Assembly (NCBI GenBank): GCA_049515895.1 | Contig: JBEKTQ010000001.1 | Span: forward strand, 32,001 to 96,000 | Reading direction: 5' to 3' | Length of the DNA stretch: 64,000 nucleotides | From: Candidatus Bathyarchaeia archaeon | GTDB lineage: Archaea > Thermoproteota > Bathyarchaeia > Bathyarchaeales > Bathycorpusculaceae | Notes under the pieces: generated by a model | Told to the model about the DNA's origin: nothing | Database searches by the model: none | The model's input: the letters and a program-made list of their open reading frames with translations, nothing else | Position numbers and translations under genes: made by a program | In this document: one piece after another, positions 46,166 through 56,331 of the stretch | Layout: each line of letters opens with the position of its first letter | Position numbering within the stretch: the stretch's first letter is position 1

Positions 46166-48331
46166 TTAGTGGGTTGGTAGTTTAACGTTTTGCGTGATAT
46201 TTTTCGGTTGGTAAACACACCAGGGGTCTTCAGTCAGATAATCTCTTTTTAGTTCTGTGGGTTCATGAAGATCGCCGCAGTAATCAATGAAGTCGTTAGA
46301 TAAGCCGTAGGCGCGGGCTCGGCAACCGCCACATAAGGATCGATATTCACAAGCTCCGCATTTGCCTTTCAACATGTTTGGGTCTCTTAACGCTTTGAAG
46401 ACTTCTGAGTTAAACCATATTTCCTTGAAACTATTCTGACGTACGTTTCCAAGGTTGATCGGCAAGTAGGGGCAGGGAGTTACGTCCCCGTTCGGGTAAA
46501 TGCGGCAGTAGTACAATCCCGCGATGCAACCGCGAATCCACTGCCTCATGTCTAAACCCATATCTTTGGCGATTCTCATAAACTGCGGCGCGCATGATGG
46601 TCTCACATTGAGTGTGTGATTGGCTGTTTTCGCGAACGTTTTCGCTATCATTTCTTCATATTGCTTTGGGGAAATGTCTGCTATTTTGGTTCCTCTTCCA
46701 GTTGGAACAAGGAAGAATAAATGGAAGTTTTCAACGCCTATGTTTTCAGCCAGAGTCATTATGTCGTCTATTTGATTGTAGTTCTGCTGCGTTAAGGTCG
46801 TGTTCACTTGAACAAGCACGTTGTTTTCTCTCAAAGCCTTGCAGGCATCCACGGCTTTTGCCCAAGCCCCGGATACTCCGCGGAACTCGTCGTGCTGAGT
46901 TGGGACATTGGAATCTAAGCTGATTGAAACGGTAGCTATACCCGAATCCTTAAGTTTCGTAGCCGCTGTCTCGTCTATGAGGCTCCCGTTGCTCCCCAAC
47001 CCCATCTTCAAACCGATCTTCGAACCGTACCTGATCAGTTCATAAATGTCGCGGCGCAAAAGAGGTTCACCGCCGCTCAGTATTAGCAGCGGTCTACTAA
47101 CCTGATAGATTTGATCCATCAGGTTTTTTGCTTCTTGAGTGTTCAATTCGTTATCAAGCTTTCTATCCGTGGCATTAATGTAGCAATGGGAGCATTTCAT
47201 GTTGCATTCACGTGTAATGTTCCAGGACATAACAAGAGGAACATACTGCTCCGGTTTCTTGGCAAGAGGTGAGTAAGCTAGTTTGAGGTAATATTCGCAG
47301 TTACCGTGAGTTGCTAATCGTTTCGGTTGCCAAAGCGTAAATGGGAAAGGAAGAACCGTGTCCAGCATCGCTTTAGCATGAGCAAAACAGAAGTGAGTAC
47401 AAAAAAGAGAAGCCGCTTCAGAACTTACGGCGTACTTTTCCCTGGCGTATTTGTGGCTTCCATAGATCGGGCAATTCATGAACTCCATCTGACCATCCAG
47501 CGTTTCAGCGCTCATAGCGTAATTGATCACATGGTCGCTTAGCATGATTGACTGCAGCTTTTCCCTTCGCATGCCAACTTTAAGAGTCACGTCAAGTGCT
47601 ATTTCAACAGTTTCTTGACCGAACCTATCCTGAACCCGCGTCATCGCGCTTTCAAGCACTGCAAAGCCCAAATTCTCTGCCAGTTTAGATGAGACCAGCA
47701 GCGCCTTAATTGTCTCATACTCTTGGATCAGCCTCATTCTGATAATCTGGTCAGACCAAGCTTTGAACAATTTTTTCAAAGTTTCTGACGCCTTGGGATC
47801 CTTGTTAGTTAGCAGGTTTTCAACCGTTCTTGTTTCTTTCTTTAGTTTGTTGAAAAGGTTGATTTTGACGGTATTCTCAAGGTGCGGACTAGACCTAATT
47901 TTTCCGACGGTTAAAGTAAAAGGAGTGATTTCCCGAGTGAGTTCTCTAGCGTCAGCTTGAAAATCATTATAGATGCTGCTGAGTTTTAAGGATACGTCGG
48001 GTAAATTCACCTGTAACTCTTCCAGCAGAACGTGGGTTTCCGACTCCATCTTTGTAACCATGGCCATGTGGTAAAGCAGCGAACCGCCCATGCCGGGGTC
48101 AGCTTGCTTGCTATTTACGCCCGAGAAAATTTCGAAAGACAAGCGCTTCGCCAAATCAAAATCTTCTTGCTCAATCGCAGCTAATGCGAGATTAAGTTTT
48201 TGACGTCTCAAAAGTAGGAGCTGCGCCCATCTGTGGCTTTGTTTCAGGTCGAAATTTGTTAATGCATCCACGTCCTTGAGGTAGTATTGATTCATAGGTT
48301 GAGGGTAAAAAAGGTTAGCGGTATTGCTCAT
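46166..48331 (-). CDS. Radical SAM/SPASM protein (NirJ/Ahb-like) with ~360-aa N-terminal extension
   Basis: WNITRECNMKCSHC, SGGEPL, FLVPTGRG, GCIAG..PCPY, GKCGACEY...CGGCRARAY. Confidence 0.88.
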   Translation of the reverse strand: MSNTANLFYPQPMNQYYLKDVDALTNFDLKQSHRWAQLLLLRRQKLNLALAAIEQEDFDLAKRLSFEIFSGVNSKQADPGMGGSLLYHMAMVTKMESETHVLLEELQVNLPDVSLKLSSIYNDFQADARELTREITPFTLTVGKIRSSPHLENTVKINLFNKLKKETRTVENLLTNKDPKASETLKKLFKAWSDQIIRMRLIQEYETIKALLVSSKLAENLGFAVLESAMTRVQDRFGQETVEIALDVTLKVGMRREKLQSIMLSDHVINYAMSAETLDGQMEFMNCPIYGSHKYAREKYAVSSEAASLFCTHFCFAHAKAMLDTVLPFPFTLWQPKRLATHGNCEYYLKLAYSPLAKKPEQYVPLVMSWNITRECNMKCSHCYINATDRKLDNELNTQEAKNLMDQIYQVSRPLLILSGGEPLLRRDIYELIRYGSKIGLKMGLGSNGSLIDETAATKLKDSGIATVSISLDSNVPTQHDEFRGVSGAWAKAVDACKALRENNVLVQVNTTLTQQNYNQIDDIMTLAENIGVENFHLFFLVPTGRGTKIADISPKQYEEMIAKTFAKTANHTLNVRPSCAPQFMRIAKDMGLDMRQWIRGCIAGLYYCRIYPNGDVTPCPYLPINLGNVRQNSFKEIWFNSEVFKALRDPNMLKGKCGACEYRSLCGGCRARAYGLSNDFIDYCGDLHEPTELKRDYLTEDPWCVYQPKNITQNVKLPTH

Positions 48332-48398
48332 GTTATGTAACGACGGATCTTCTTCGATAACCTAATAAGTCGCTAAATCAACATAGCGAGACTAACAG

Positions 48399-48695
48399 GT
48401 GAAAATGTTGAATTTCGACTGGGTCTACACGATAATAGGCTTCTTAATCATGTTTGGCTTTCTCAGCGGAATAGGCATAAACAAGCCCAGAGGCATGAGC
48501 GTGAAAATGTGGTGCTTCGGCTACTTAGCAGTCGCCTTAGTTTTTGATGCACTTGTGGTTTTAGGGTTAGTTGGTAATTACGCGCCGCTTAACGATTTGC
48601 TACTGGGGCTTTCCGCAGGCGCCGCTACCGGATTAGCCATTCACGTTATGCATCACATAGGCGAAGAAAACATCAACCCAACCATAATGGGTTAA
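48399..48695 (+). CDS. Small 3-TM membrane protein
   Basis: Hydrophobic 98-aa ORF divergent from the radical SAM gene. Confidence 0.7.
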   Translation: MKMLNFDWVYTIIGFLIMFGFLSGIGINKPRGMSVKMWCFGYLAVALVFDALVVLGLVGNYAPLNDLLLGLSAGAATGLAIHVMHHIGEENINPTIMG

Positions 48696-48723
48696 GACAT
48701 TAACAAAAGAGGTAATGTTATTA

Positions 48724-50592
48724 TTAGCTCCGTAATCTTTTCAAGCTTTCATCCACATATTCAAGTTTCAGCTTAGTTAATGTTTCTGATGTGGGAATTC
48801 CGTTTTGATCCCACCCTGCTTGGCTATAGTACTGCTTCACTTTTTCCTGCACGCTTGCCCTATCCGCGGCTTGCCCTTTGCACGGTCCGGTCGGTAGTGG
48901 CTCATAGAACCTCTCCGGGTTGTCATCGTCAGCATTTGGGTTCCAAGTCAAGTCTGGTCCGCCTAGAAGCAGAAGCGCACGTTGTATTTCCAACGTCTTT
49001 ATCCCGCCCCCCTGAAGCCAACCCTTTCGAGTCAATGTTTGGCCGGTGAGGGCGTTGTAGAATTCGTATCGGAAGTTCGGCTTTAGGCTGAACGAGGTAA
49101 AGATACACATTACTGCTGAATCGTTGAATATTGTCCAAATCTCGCTGCCCCATCCGTCAATTGGCAAATCGGTCATGGAAGTATGGTCGCCACCTTGAAC
49201 GCTGCAGGCATAGCCTATTTCACGTGAAAAGTCTCTTCCGCTTCGAATTCCATGGGCGCCAATACTGATGCCCTTACCAGTTATAGCGTAGGGTAAAAGA
49301 TTTTTGCCCTTCATTTTTCCGAGCTTAATTGCCGCTCGGTGGGTTCCTTCGGCCAAAACGTCACCTATGCCTTCCCTATACGCAATTCTCTTTGCCAACA
49401 CGGCGAAAGCGTCCACGTCACCCCATTTTAACTCGAGGCCAGCTAGGTCCTTCTTAGTTAGGACGCCTCTTTGGAAGAGTTCGGCGGCGAAGCCTAAGAC
49501 ACTGCCACCTTGGATGCCGCACATTCCCAAGTCTTCGATAAGCGATGACAGGTACACGTTTTCTTCAGGAGTGAACAAACCTAAGTTGGGACCTAGAAAC
49601 GCTTGCAGTTCATAGTCGGGGTTGTCACTTATGGCGCCTTTGTATTTGCCTGCGCGTATGCAGCTGATTTTCAAACAGTTTGTTGGGCAGCCGAAGTCGC
49701 TCCAAGCCGGTTTTACCCAGACCTTATTCTCAAACTGGTCTACGCCGTAGCTTCTTTGGTTATGCCACTCTTCCTGCCAGTTGCGAACGGGCTCGGAACT
49801 TGTGTCAGCGCCAAAACTATATCCTCCTCCTCCCGTCCCGTACCTGCGCCACATAACGTTGCTGTAACAGCCTTTGCAGACGTCGTCAATCATCCGCCTA
49901 ACCTTCTCTAAATCGGCCACTTCTGGCAACGGACCCGTCCCTTTAACCGCGACCGCCTTGAGGTTCTTTGAACCCATAACTGCACCATAGCCGCCGTAGC
50001 CTGCCGCATGAGTCCACTTGGCGATAACAGCCGACGGCCTAACACTCCGTTCTCCAGCTGGCCCAATGTAGAGTTTCGCTGGCTGCTTCCAGACACCCAC
50101 ACGCGGATAACGTTCAGCAAGCAGCTTCCGACATTCACGGTTCAGCAACGCTTCGGTTTGCTTGCAGTCTTTGCCCCAAACGCTAATGGCGTCCCTAAGC
50201 TCGACATCTGAGTCTTTAATAAAAAGGTAAACTGGCTTCTCCGCTTTCCCTGACACGATTATGCCGTCGTAGCCTGCGCATCGAAGTTCCACAGCGAACT
50301 CGCCGCCGACAGTTGAGCCCACCATGCCGTTGCTTTGAGGCGACTTGCCAGTTACACAAGTTCTGCCACCTGGGAAGTAACCTTGGAAGGGCCCTGTCAT
50401 GAAAAAAAGCAGGTTTTCAGGGCCTAAAGGATCCACTTTTTCCCATTTATGTATCAGTCTCTCGCTTAAGATTTTAGCCGCAAGTGCTCTGCCACCCATG
50501 TAGTCCATTAGCCACTCTTTGGGGAACGTAGTGTTTTTGAAGCTTGAGTTTGAAAGGTCAACTTCCAAGAATTTTCCAGCGTAACCCAGCAT
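48724..50592 (-). CDS. Tungsten aldehyde:ferredoxin oxidoreductase family, WOR5/ASOR-type large subunit
   Basis: KSPQS, HAAGYGGYGAVMGSKNLKA, SSEPVRNWQEEWH, DFGCPTNC, PDYELQA, SVQGGDHTS, DDDNPERFYEPLP. Confidence 0.9.
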   Translation of the reverse strand: MLGYAGKFLEVDLSNSSFKNTTFPKEWLMDYMGGRALAAKILSERLIHKWEKVDPLGPENLLFFMTGPFQGYFPGGRTCVTGKSPQSNGMVGSTVGGEFAVELRCAGYDGIIVSGKAEKPVYLFIKDSDVELRDAISVWGKDCKQTEALLNRECRKLLAERYPRVGVWKQPAKLYIGPAGERSVRPSAVIAKWTHAAGYGGYGAVMGSKNLKAVAVKGTGPLPEVADLEKVRRMIDDVCKGCYSNVMWRRYGTGGGGYSFGADTSSEPVRNWQEEWHNQRSYGVDQFENKVWVKPAWSDFGCPTNCLKISCIRAGKYKGAISDNPDYELQAFLGPNLGLFTPEENVYLSSLIEDLGMCGIQGGSVLGFAAELFQRGVLTKKDLAGLELKWGDVDAFAVLAKRIAYREGIGDVLAEGTHRAAIKLGKMKGKNLLPYAITGKGISIGAHGIRSGRDFSREIGYACSVQGGDHTSMTDLPIDGWGSEIWTIFNDSAVMCIFTSFSLKPNFRYEFYNALTGQTLTRKGWLQGGGIKTLEIQRALLLLGGPDLTWNPNADDDNPERFYEPLPTGPCKGQAADRASVQEKVKQYYSQAGWDQNGIPTSETLTKLKLEYVDESLKRLRS

Positions 50593-51131
50593 TACATAAA
50601 TTCCTCCGCTTTCTCACCATACATTTTTGTTGCGAGGTTTCTGGAAGTTTCCTCCGGCGTTCTGGAATACAGCTTAAATTCATGATCTCCCCGTTTGACC
50701 ACTTTTAAGCAGTTCCAGCCGCCTTCTTGGCAGACCTTGGCGCACTTTGGGTCGCCGCCACACAAGTCACAAATCAAAACCTTCTTGGTCTGGGGATGAA
50801 TATGAGGGACTTTTCCAGGGCAAGCATCAATGCATTTTCCGCAGCCCGTGCACTTTTCAGCATCAACCACGACGGCGCTCGTATCCTTGTTCACGCCAAG
50901 AGCATTAAAGGGGCAGGCTTCAACGCATGGATAATCTTCACATTGCGTGCATAAATGAGGGAACTCGGCGCCTGGAACCAGCATGAACACTCGAACCCTT
51001 GATGCTTCAGGCCAAATTTTGTTTTCTTTTTGAAGCGAGCAGGCGATTTCGCATTTGCGGCAACCGCTGCATTTTGAAAACTCTCTGCTTATCCAAATTG
51101 CATTGTTCTCTTGCTCTGAATTCCATCCCAA
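50592..51131 (-). CDS. Polyferredoxin (4x[4Fe-4S], DmsB-like) small subunit of the WOR
   Basis: CSGCRKCEIAC, CTQCEDYPCVEAC, CTGCGKCIDAC, CDLC....CAKVC; likely TTG start 51131; TAATG coupling to the large subunit. Confidence 0.9.
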   Translation of the reverse strand: MGWNSEQENNAIWISREFSKCSGCRKCEIACSLQKENKIWPEASRVRVFMLVPGAEFPHLCTQCEDYPCVEACPFNALGVNKDTSAVVVDAEKCTGCGKCIDACPGKVPHIHPQTKKVLICDLCGGDPKCAKVCQEGGWNCLKVVKRGDHEFKLYSRTPEETSRNLATKMYGEKAEEFM

Positions 51132-51705
51132 TTTCCTTGCACCCTCTTTTTGGAAAGAAGTTTCTAAAACAGTCCCAATCAATCGAGACAGTTTGGAGAA
51201 ACATACTATATCCTGTAGCCCAGCAATATGCCAGAACATTGAAATTAAATTAGCAAAGGAACCCATGTAACTTATATAGGTTTAGTGATTCGAGAAAAAA
51301 GTTTCAGCCCACTTTTCACAGCAGCTTGCAAGGAAACCCCTTGAGTTTTCCATTGATTCAAAATATTTAGCCCAAGAGGGCAGGTTAGCTAATGTATTCC
51401 ATCTGCTTGTTTCGGGTTTCGATAGCATTAAGGGTCAAAGCTGCCTCAAATATGATTGAATCCACGTTATCGAAGGCTTGCTTAACTGCAATTTTAATCT
51501 GAGTCAAGGCTCCCGCCCCCACGCCAGCAAATCTGCGAATCAGAAACTCAAATAGAAACGTCGCTGGCTTTGGGACAGCATCAAGAAGACTCTCATAAGC
51601 GTTGATATTTCTTTGTGGGTTCCAAGCAGAAACAACAAATGCAGGTTTTTTGCGCAATCAGAAGGGCGGTCAAAGCAAATTAAGCTGATTTCCAGGATTC
51701 TTTTT

Positions 51706-52911
51706 TCAAATCGTGGCTCTGATGACACCTTCAAGCCTGTTCAATTCGTTTATCACATCTTGCCCGACTCTTTGATGCACAAGGTAAATTGCGATGGCGC
51801 AGCCTTCCCCGATCTGCCTGGATGGGTTCTCCCTAATGTTCACCCCATTGTCGGCAAGCACTTTATCGATCTTGGCAAACATGCCGGGCTTATCCACATG
51901 ATAAACGAACAGGGGATAGAATGGCCTTTCCTCTAACTCAATGCTTTCACCAACATTCACCGCGTTGGAAAAATCCCCATGCAACAAGTAATCAATGGTC
52001 ACCCTTGCCATTTCCATAGACGTTTTCATCTGAGCCTCCACAGTGGATGCTCCTAAATGAGGGGTAAAAACAATGTTGTCCAACCGACGCAGCGCGCTCT
52101 TAAACTTGGACTCCTCTTGGGAGGGTTCGTCCTCAAAAACATCCAGAGCTGCCCCAGCTATCCCTCCACTTTTCAGCGCCTTATACAGTGCCTTTGCATC
52201 GACGTTGCGTCCGCGGGCGGTGTTAATCAAATAGGCGGTGGGCTTCATTAGCCATAATTCTTTTTCGCCTATCACGTTTTCGTTTCCGTTCACGTGAATA
52301 CTCACGTAATCAGCCTGTGAAAGAACCTCTTCTTTTGACACAAGTTTTATTCTGGAACTGATCTTCACAATGGGATCATACCCTATCGTTTCCATGCTGA
52401 ACCCGACCGCAAGCTCGCTTAGTTTTTGCCCAATTCTACCACAACCGATAATACCTAACGTCTTGCCAGATAGCTCTGTGCCTTCAAAACACCTCTTTCT
52501 CCAAAACCCCCTCTTCAAAGAATAATGCCCTTGGGCCACTCTCCTTGAAACACTCATCATTAATGCAAGTGCCAATTCTGCCGTGGCGTTTGTGTTCCCA
52601 AACGGCGCAGACTTAACAATAATCCCGTTTTCAACCGCAGCTTTGATGTCAATGTTATCTATGCCGACTCCAGATCTGCCGATAACCTTCAAGTTGCCTC
52701 TGACTCCAGCCTCAATTATCTCTCTTGTAACAGCAGTAGCGCTCCGCACCACTAAAGCGTCAAATTCCCCTATCTGCTCAACAAGAGATTTTGGGTCACG
52801 TTTGCAATTGTCTGTTTCGATTCCTGCGTTTTTGAAGAGTTTTATTCCTTCTTCATCCATTCCGTCATTCAGCAGAACTTTCATCTTGGTCACCAAAGAT
52901 GTCTGTGACAT
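51706..52911 (-). CDS. serA: D-3-phosphoglycerate dehydrogenase-like protein with C-terminal ACT domain
   Basis: VRSAT, GRSGVGIDNID, GIIGCGRIG, INTARG, ALDVF..EP, TPHLGASTVEAQ; ACT HVDKPGM. Confidence 0.85.
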   Translation of the reverse strand: MSQTSLVTKMKVLLNDGMDEEGIKLFKNAGIETDNCKRDPKSLVEQIGEFDALVVRSATAVTREIIEAGVRGNLKVIGRSGVGIDNIDIKAAVENGIIVKSAPFGNTNATAELALALMMSVSRRVAQGHYSLKRGFWRKRCFEGTELSGKTLGIIGCGRIGQKLSELAVGFSMETIGYDPIVKISSRIKLVSKEEVLSQADYVSIHVNGNENVIGEKELWLMKPTAYLINTARGRNVDAKALYKALKSGGIAGAALDVFEDEPSQEESKFKSALRRLDNIVFTPHLGASTVEAQMKTSMEMARVTIDYLLHGDFSNAVNVGESIELEERPFYPLFVYHVDKPGMFAKIDKVLADNGVNIRENPSRQIGEGCAIAIYLVHQRVGQDVINELNRLEGVIRATI

Positions 52912-53144
52912 AATTGCATCCTTAGAATTTTAGTTTTTGCTCCTCCGCCAACGGCTTAGTTCACGGGGCAGTAGCTGCAGAACTTCAAACAATTAAAGAA
53001 ATCGAGAGAGTGGCTTAATTCCTTTAAGTCGCAATTATTGCATTAAATTCGGCTTAAGTAAATACGGGAATGTTAGTCTCCCATAAATTGACAACCTTTA
53101 AATACACAAAAGAAAAACAAACCTTTCCAAAGGAGAAGGCATTT

Positions 53145-55082
53145 ATGGGGAAGTCCCTTACTAGAAAAATACTTGAAAAGCACCTTGCAGTGGGCGAATA
53201 TTCAGCAGGAAACGAGATAGGGATAAAAATTGATCAAACCCTAACTCAGGATGCCACTGGCACAATGGCGTACCTGCAGTTCGAAGCGATGGGCCTAAAA
53301 CAGGTGAAAACTGAGCTTTCAGTAAGCTACGTCGATCATAACACCATTCAAGTAGGTTTCGAGAACGCTGACGACCACAGGTACCTTCAGACTGTAGCGG
53401 CCAAATACGGCAGCGTTTACTCGAAGGCTGGAAACGGAATATGCCATCAAGTTCATCTGGAGCGGTTCGGCAAACCCGGGAAAACCCTTCTCGGTTCTGA
53501 CAGCCACACAACCACCGGCGGAGGCATCGGGATGATAGCGATTGGAGCTGGCGGATTAGACGTCGCTGTAGCAATGGGCGGAGGAGAATTCTATTTAACC
53601 TGCCCAAAGGTCTACAAGATAAACCTGAAAGGCAACCTCAAACCATGGGTCACTGCCAAAGACGTCGTCCTTAAGATGTTGGAAATATTCACGGTGAAAG
53701 GCAATGTCGGCCTCGTCATGGAATACGCTGGACCTGGTGTCAAGAACCTAACTGTGCCAGAGAGAGCTACAATCACGAACATGGGCGCGGAGATGGGAGT
53801 CACCACATCGATTTTTCCCTCGGATGAGGAAACAAGAAAGTTTCTCAAAGCCCAGGGCAGAGAAGCAGATTGGGTTGAACTAAAAGCTGATGAGGACGCG
53901 GAATATGACCGGATCATTGACCTCGACCTTGGCGAGTTGGAGCCTCTTGCGGCGGCACCACACAGCCCCGGAAATATAGTTCGCGTTAGCGACATGAAAG
54001 ATGTCAAAGTCGACCAAGTCATGCTTGGCTCATGCACGAACTCTTCCTACAAAGAAATAGCTACAGTCGCTAAGATTATGAAGGGCCGCAAGGTTCACCC
54101 AGATGTTTCCTTCGGGGTCGCGCCAGGTTCACGGCAGGTCCTGCAGATGGCGACAAGAGACGGCTATATCGGTGACCTGCTGGATTCCGGCGCCAGATTG
54201 CTTGAGGCAGCCTGCGGATTCTGCATTGGAAACAGCCAAAGCCCCCAAACAGGCGGCGTATCTCTTAGAACAAGCAACAGAAACTTTGAAGGCAGAAGTG
54301 GCACCGCCGACGCACAGGTCTACCTTGTAAGCCCCGAAGTTGCAGCCGTTGCAGCAATCACAGGGAACTTCACTGACCCAAGAAAGGCAGGCATCGAGTA
54401 TCCAAAAGTTAGAATGCCGACGAAATTTCTCGTTGACGATTCGATGTTTATCTTCCCCAAAGATGCTGATAGAAACGTAGAAATCGCCAGAGGACCAAAC
54501 ATTGGCGCGCCTCCAACTAACGACGAAATGCCCGAGCAAATAAAGGGTGTTGTCGGGATAAAGGTCGGGGACAAAATCACAACAGACCACATAATGCCCG
54601 CTGGAGCCAGACTCAAGTACAGATCCAACGTGCCTAAGTATTCAGAATATGTCTTCGAACCGATTGATCCGGCATTCCCGAAAAGGGCCATGGACGCCAA
54701 GAAGATGGGACTCCACACGGTCATAGTAGCGGGCGAATCGTACGGCCAAGGAAGCTCCAGAGAACACGCAGCGTTGTGCCCGATGTACCTTGGTGTCAAA
54801 GCAATCATAGCCAAATCCGTGGAGCGCATACACACCGCTAACCTTGTGAACTTCGGCATAATTTCGCTTTCTTTTAAGAACATGGCTGATTACGACAAGC
54901 TCAGTCAGGGCGACGAAATTGAAATTCCCGAAATCAAAACGAAGCTGCAAAACAACCAACCAGTCATTCTTGTAGATAAAACAAAAAAACTGGAAATCGA
55001 GCTTTCTTACAATCTTTCGCAGAGACAGAAGGAGATTCTTTTCGCTGGCGGCTTGCTCCCATACACAGTTAAACAAAATTGA
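53145..55082 (+). CDS. acn: Aconitate hydratase
   Basis: TQDATGT, DHN, GICHQVH, DSHT, GSCTN, CGFCIG, NRNFEGR, ITTDHI, YGQGSSREHAA; ATG 53145 after SD GGAG. Confidence 0.93.
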   Translation: MGKSLTRKILEKHLAVGEYSAGNEIGIKIDQTLTQDATGTMAYLQFEAMGLKQVKTELSVSYVDHNTIQVGFENADDHRYLQTVAAKYGSVYSKAGNGICHQVHLERFGKPGKTLLGSDSHTTTGGGIGMIAIGAGGLDVAVAMGGGEFYLTCPKVYKINLKGNLKPWVTAKDVVLKMLEIFTVKGNVGLVMEYAGPGVKNLTVPERATITNMGAEMGVTTSIFPSDEETRKFLKAQGREADWVELKADEDAEYDRIIDLDLGELEPLAAAPHSPGNIVRVSDMKDVKVDQVMLGSCTNSSYKEIATVAKIMKGRKVHPDVSFGVAPGSRQVLQMATRDGYIGDLLDSGARLLEAACGFCIGNSQSPQTGGVSLRTSNRNFEGRSGTADAQVYLVSPEVAAVAAITGNFTDPRKAGIEYPKVRMPTKFLVDDSMFIFPKDADRNVEIARGPNIGAPPTNDEMPEQIKGVVGIKVGDKITTDHIMPAGARLKYRSNVPKYSEYVFEPIDPAFPKRAMDAKKMGLHTVIVAGESYGQGSSREHAALCPMYLGVKAIIAKSVERIHTANLVNFGIISLSFKNMADYDKLSQGDEIEIPEIKTKLQNNQPVILVDKTKKLEIELSYNLSQRQKEILFAGGLLPYTVKQN

Positions 55083-55110
55083 AGGTGAGTAAGGAACGGA
55101 CAAAATAAGA

Positions 55111-56331
55111 GTGAAGACACCAATCGTCGAGATGAACGGGGACGAAATGACCCGGATAATGTGGCAAATGGTTAAGGAACAGCTTCTTCTGCCGTACTTA
55201 GATATGGACCTTGCATACTACGACCTGCAACTCCAAAAGCGGGACGAGACTGAAGACAAGATAACCGTTGAAGCTGCAGAAGCAATAAAGAAATACGGCG
55301 TCGGCGTCAAGTGTGCCACCATTACCCCGAACAAAGAACGCGTAAAAGAATATAATCTGAAGAAAGAATGGAGCAGCCCAAACGCCACAATCAGGGCCGC
55401 CCTAGATGGCACAGTGTTTCGGGCGCCAATCTTAGTCAACAACATTCCGCCAGCAGTCCGCTCATGGAAGAAACCTATTCACATCGGAAGACACGCCTAC
55501 GGTGACGTGTATAGAAACTGCGAGTTTCGGGTTCCAGAAGCCGGAAAAGCTGAACTGACATTTACAAACGTGGCGGGCAAGGAGCTGTTCCGCGGAACAA
55601 TCCAAGACTTCAAAGGTCCAGGCGTGATTCAAGGCATCCACAATACTGACAAGTCCATCGAGAGCTTCGCCAAGGCATGCTTTACCTATGCGTACGACCA
55701 GAAACTTCATTTGTGGTTTGGTGCTAAGGACACGATTTCCAAGACTTATGATGGGGAGTTCCGCAAGATATTCGAAAACGAGTACCAAAGCGGCTGGAAG
55801 AGCAAGTTCAAGGATGCGGGGCTACAGTACTTCTTCACGTTAATTGACGACGCGGTCGCTAGGATTATGAAGTCAGAGGGTGGGTTGCTCTGGGCTTGTA
55901 AGAACTATGACGGCGACGTCATGAGCGACATGTTAGGCTCAGCTTACGGCAGCCTGGCTATGATGACTTCAGTGCTCGTTAGCCCACAGGGATACTACGA
56001 GTTTGAAGCATCCCACGGAACCGTTCAGAAACACTATTACAAACACCTCAAAGGCGAAAAAACATCAAGCAATTCGATGGCACTAATCTTCGCTTGGAGC
56101 GGGTGCCTAAGAAAACGAGGCGAACTGGATAAGACGCCGGAAGTTATTGAATTCGCAGAGAAGCTTGAGAAAGCGGCTTTGCAGACGGTTGAAAGCGGCG
56201 TCTTAACTGGAGATTTGATGCAGGTCGTCATACCCGACCCAAAGAATCGTCAGGTTTACACAGAGGAGTTTATTGCTGAGGTTGCAAAAAGATTAAAGAC
56301 GCTTATTGAGGGAAAAGTGAATGGCTCATAA
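55111..56331 (+). CDS. icd: NADP-dependent isocitrate dehydrogenase (subfamily II)
   Basis: GDEMTR, KCATITP, SPNATIR, GRHAYGD, LIDDAVA, KNYDGDV, EASHGTV. Confidence 0.95.
   Translation: MKTPIVEMNGDEMTRIMWQMVKEQLLLPYLDMDLAYYDLQLQKRDETEDKITVEAAEAIKKYGVGVKCATITPNKERVKEYNLKKEWSSPNATIRAALDGTVFRAPILVNNIPPAVRSWKKPIHIGRHAYGDVYRNCEFRVPEAGKAELTFTNVAGKELFRGTIQDFKGPGVIQGIHNTDKSIESFAKACFTYAYDQKLHLWFGAKDTISKTYDGEFRKIFENEYQSGWKSKFKDAGLQYFFTLIDDAVARIMKSEGGLLWACKNYDGDVMSDMLGSAYGSLAMMTSVLVSPQGYYEFEASHGTVQKHYYKHLKGEKTSSNSMALIFAWSGCLRKRGELDKTPEVIEFAEKLEKAALQTVESGVLTGDLMQVVIPDPKNRQVYTEEFIAEVAKRLKTLIEGKVNGS

Noticed and set aside
51385-51657. 90-aa minus-strand ORF between serA and the polyferredoxin
   Set aside because: No motif or clear SD; cannot be supported
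52912-52985. Glycine-riboswitch-like words (GGCGGAGGAGCAA...AATTCTAAGG) upstream of serA
   Set aside because: No GGAGA junction, P3b hairpin or closing P1 can be built; likely chance
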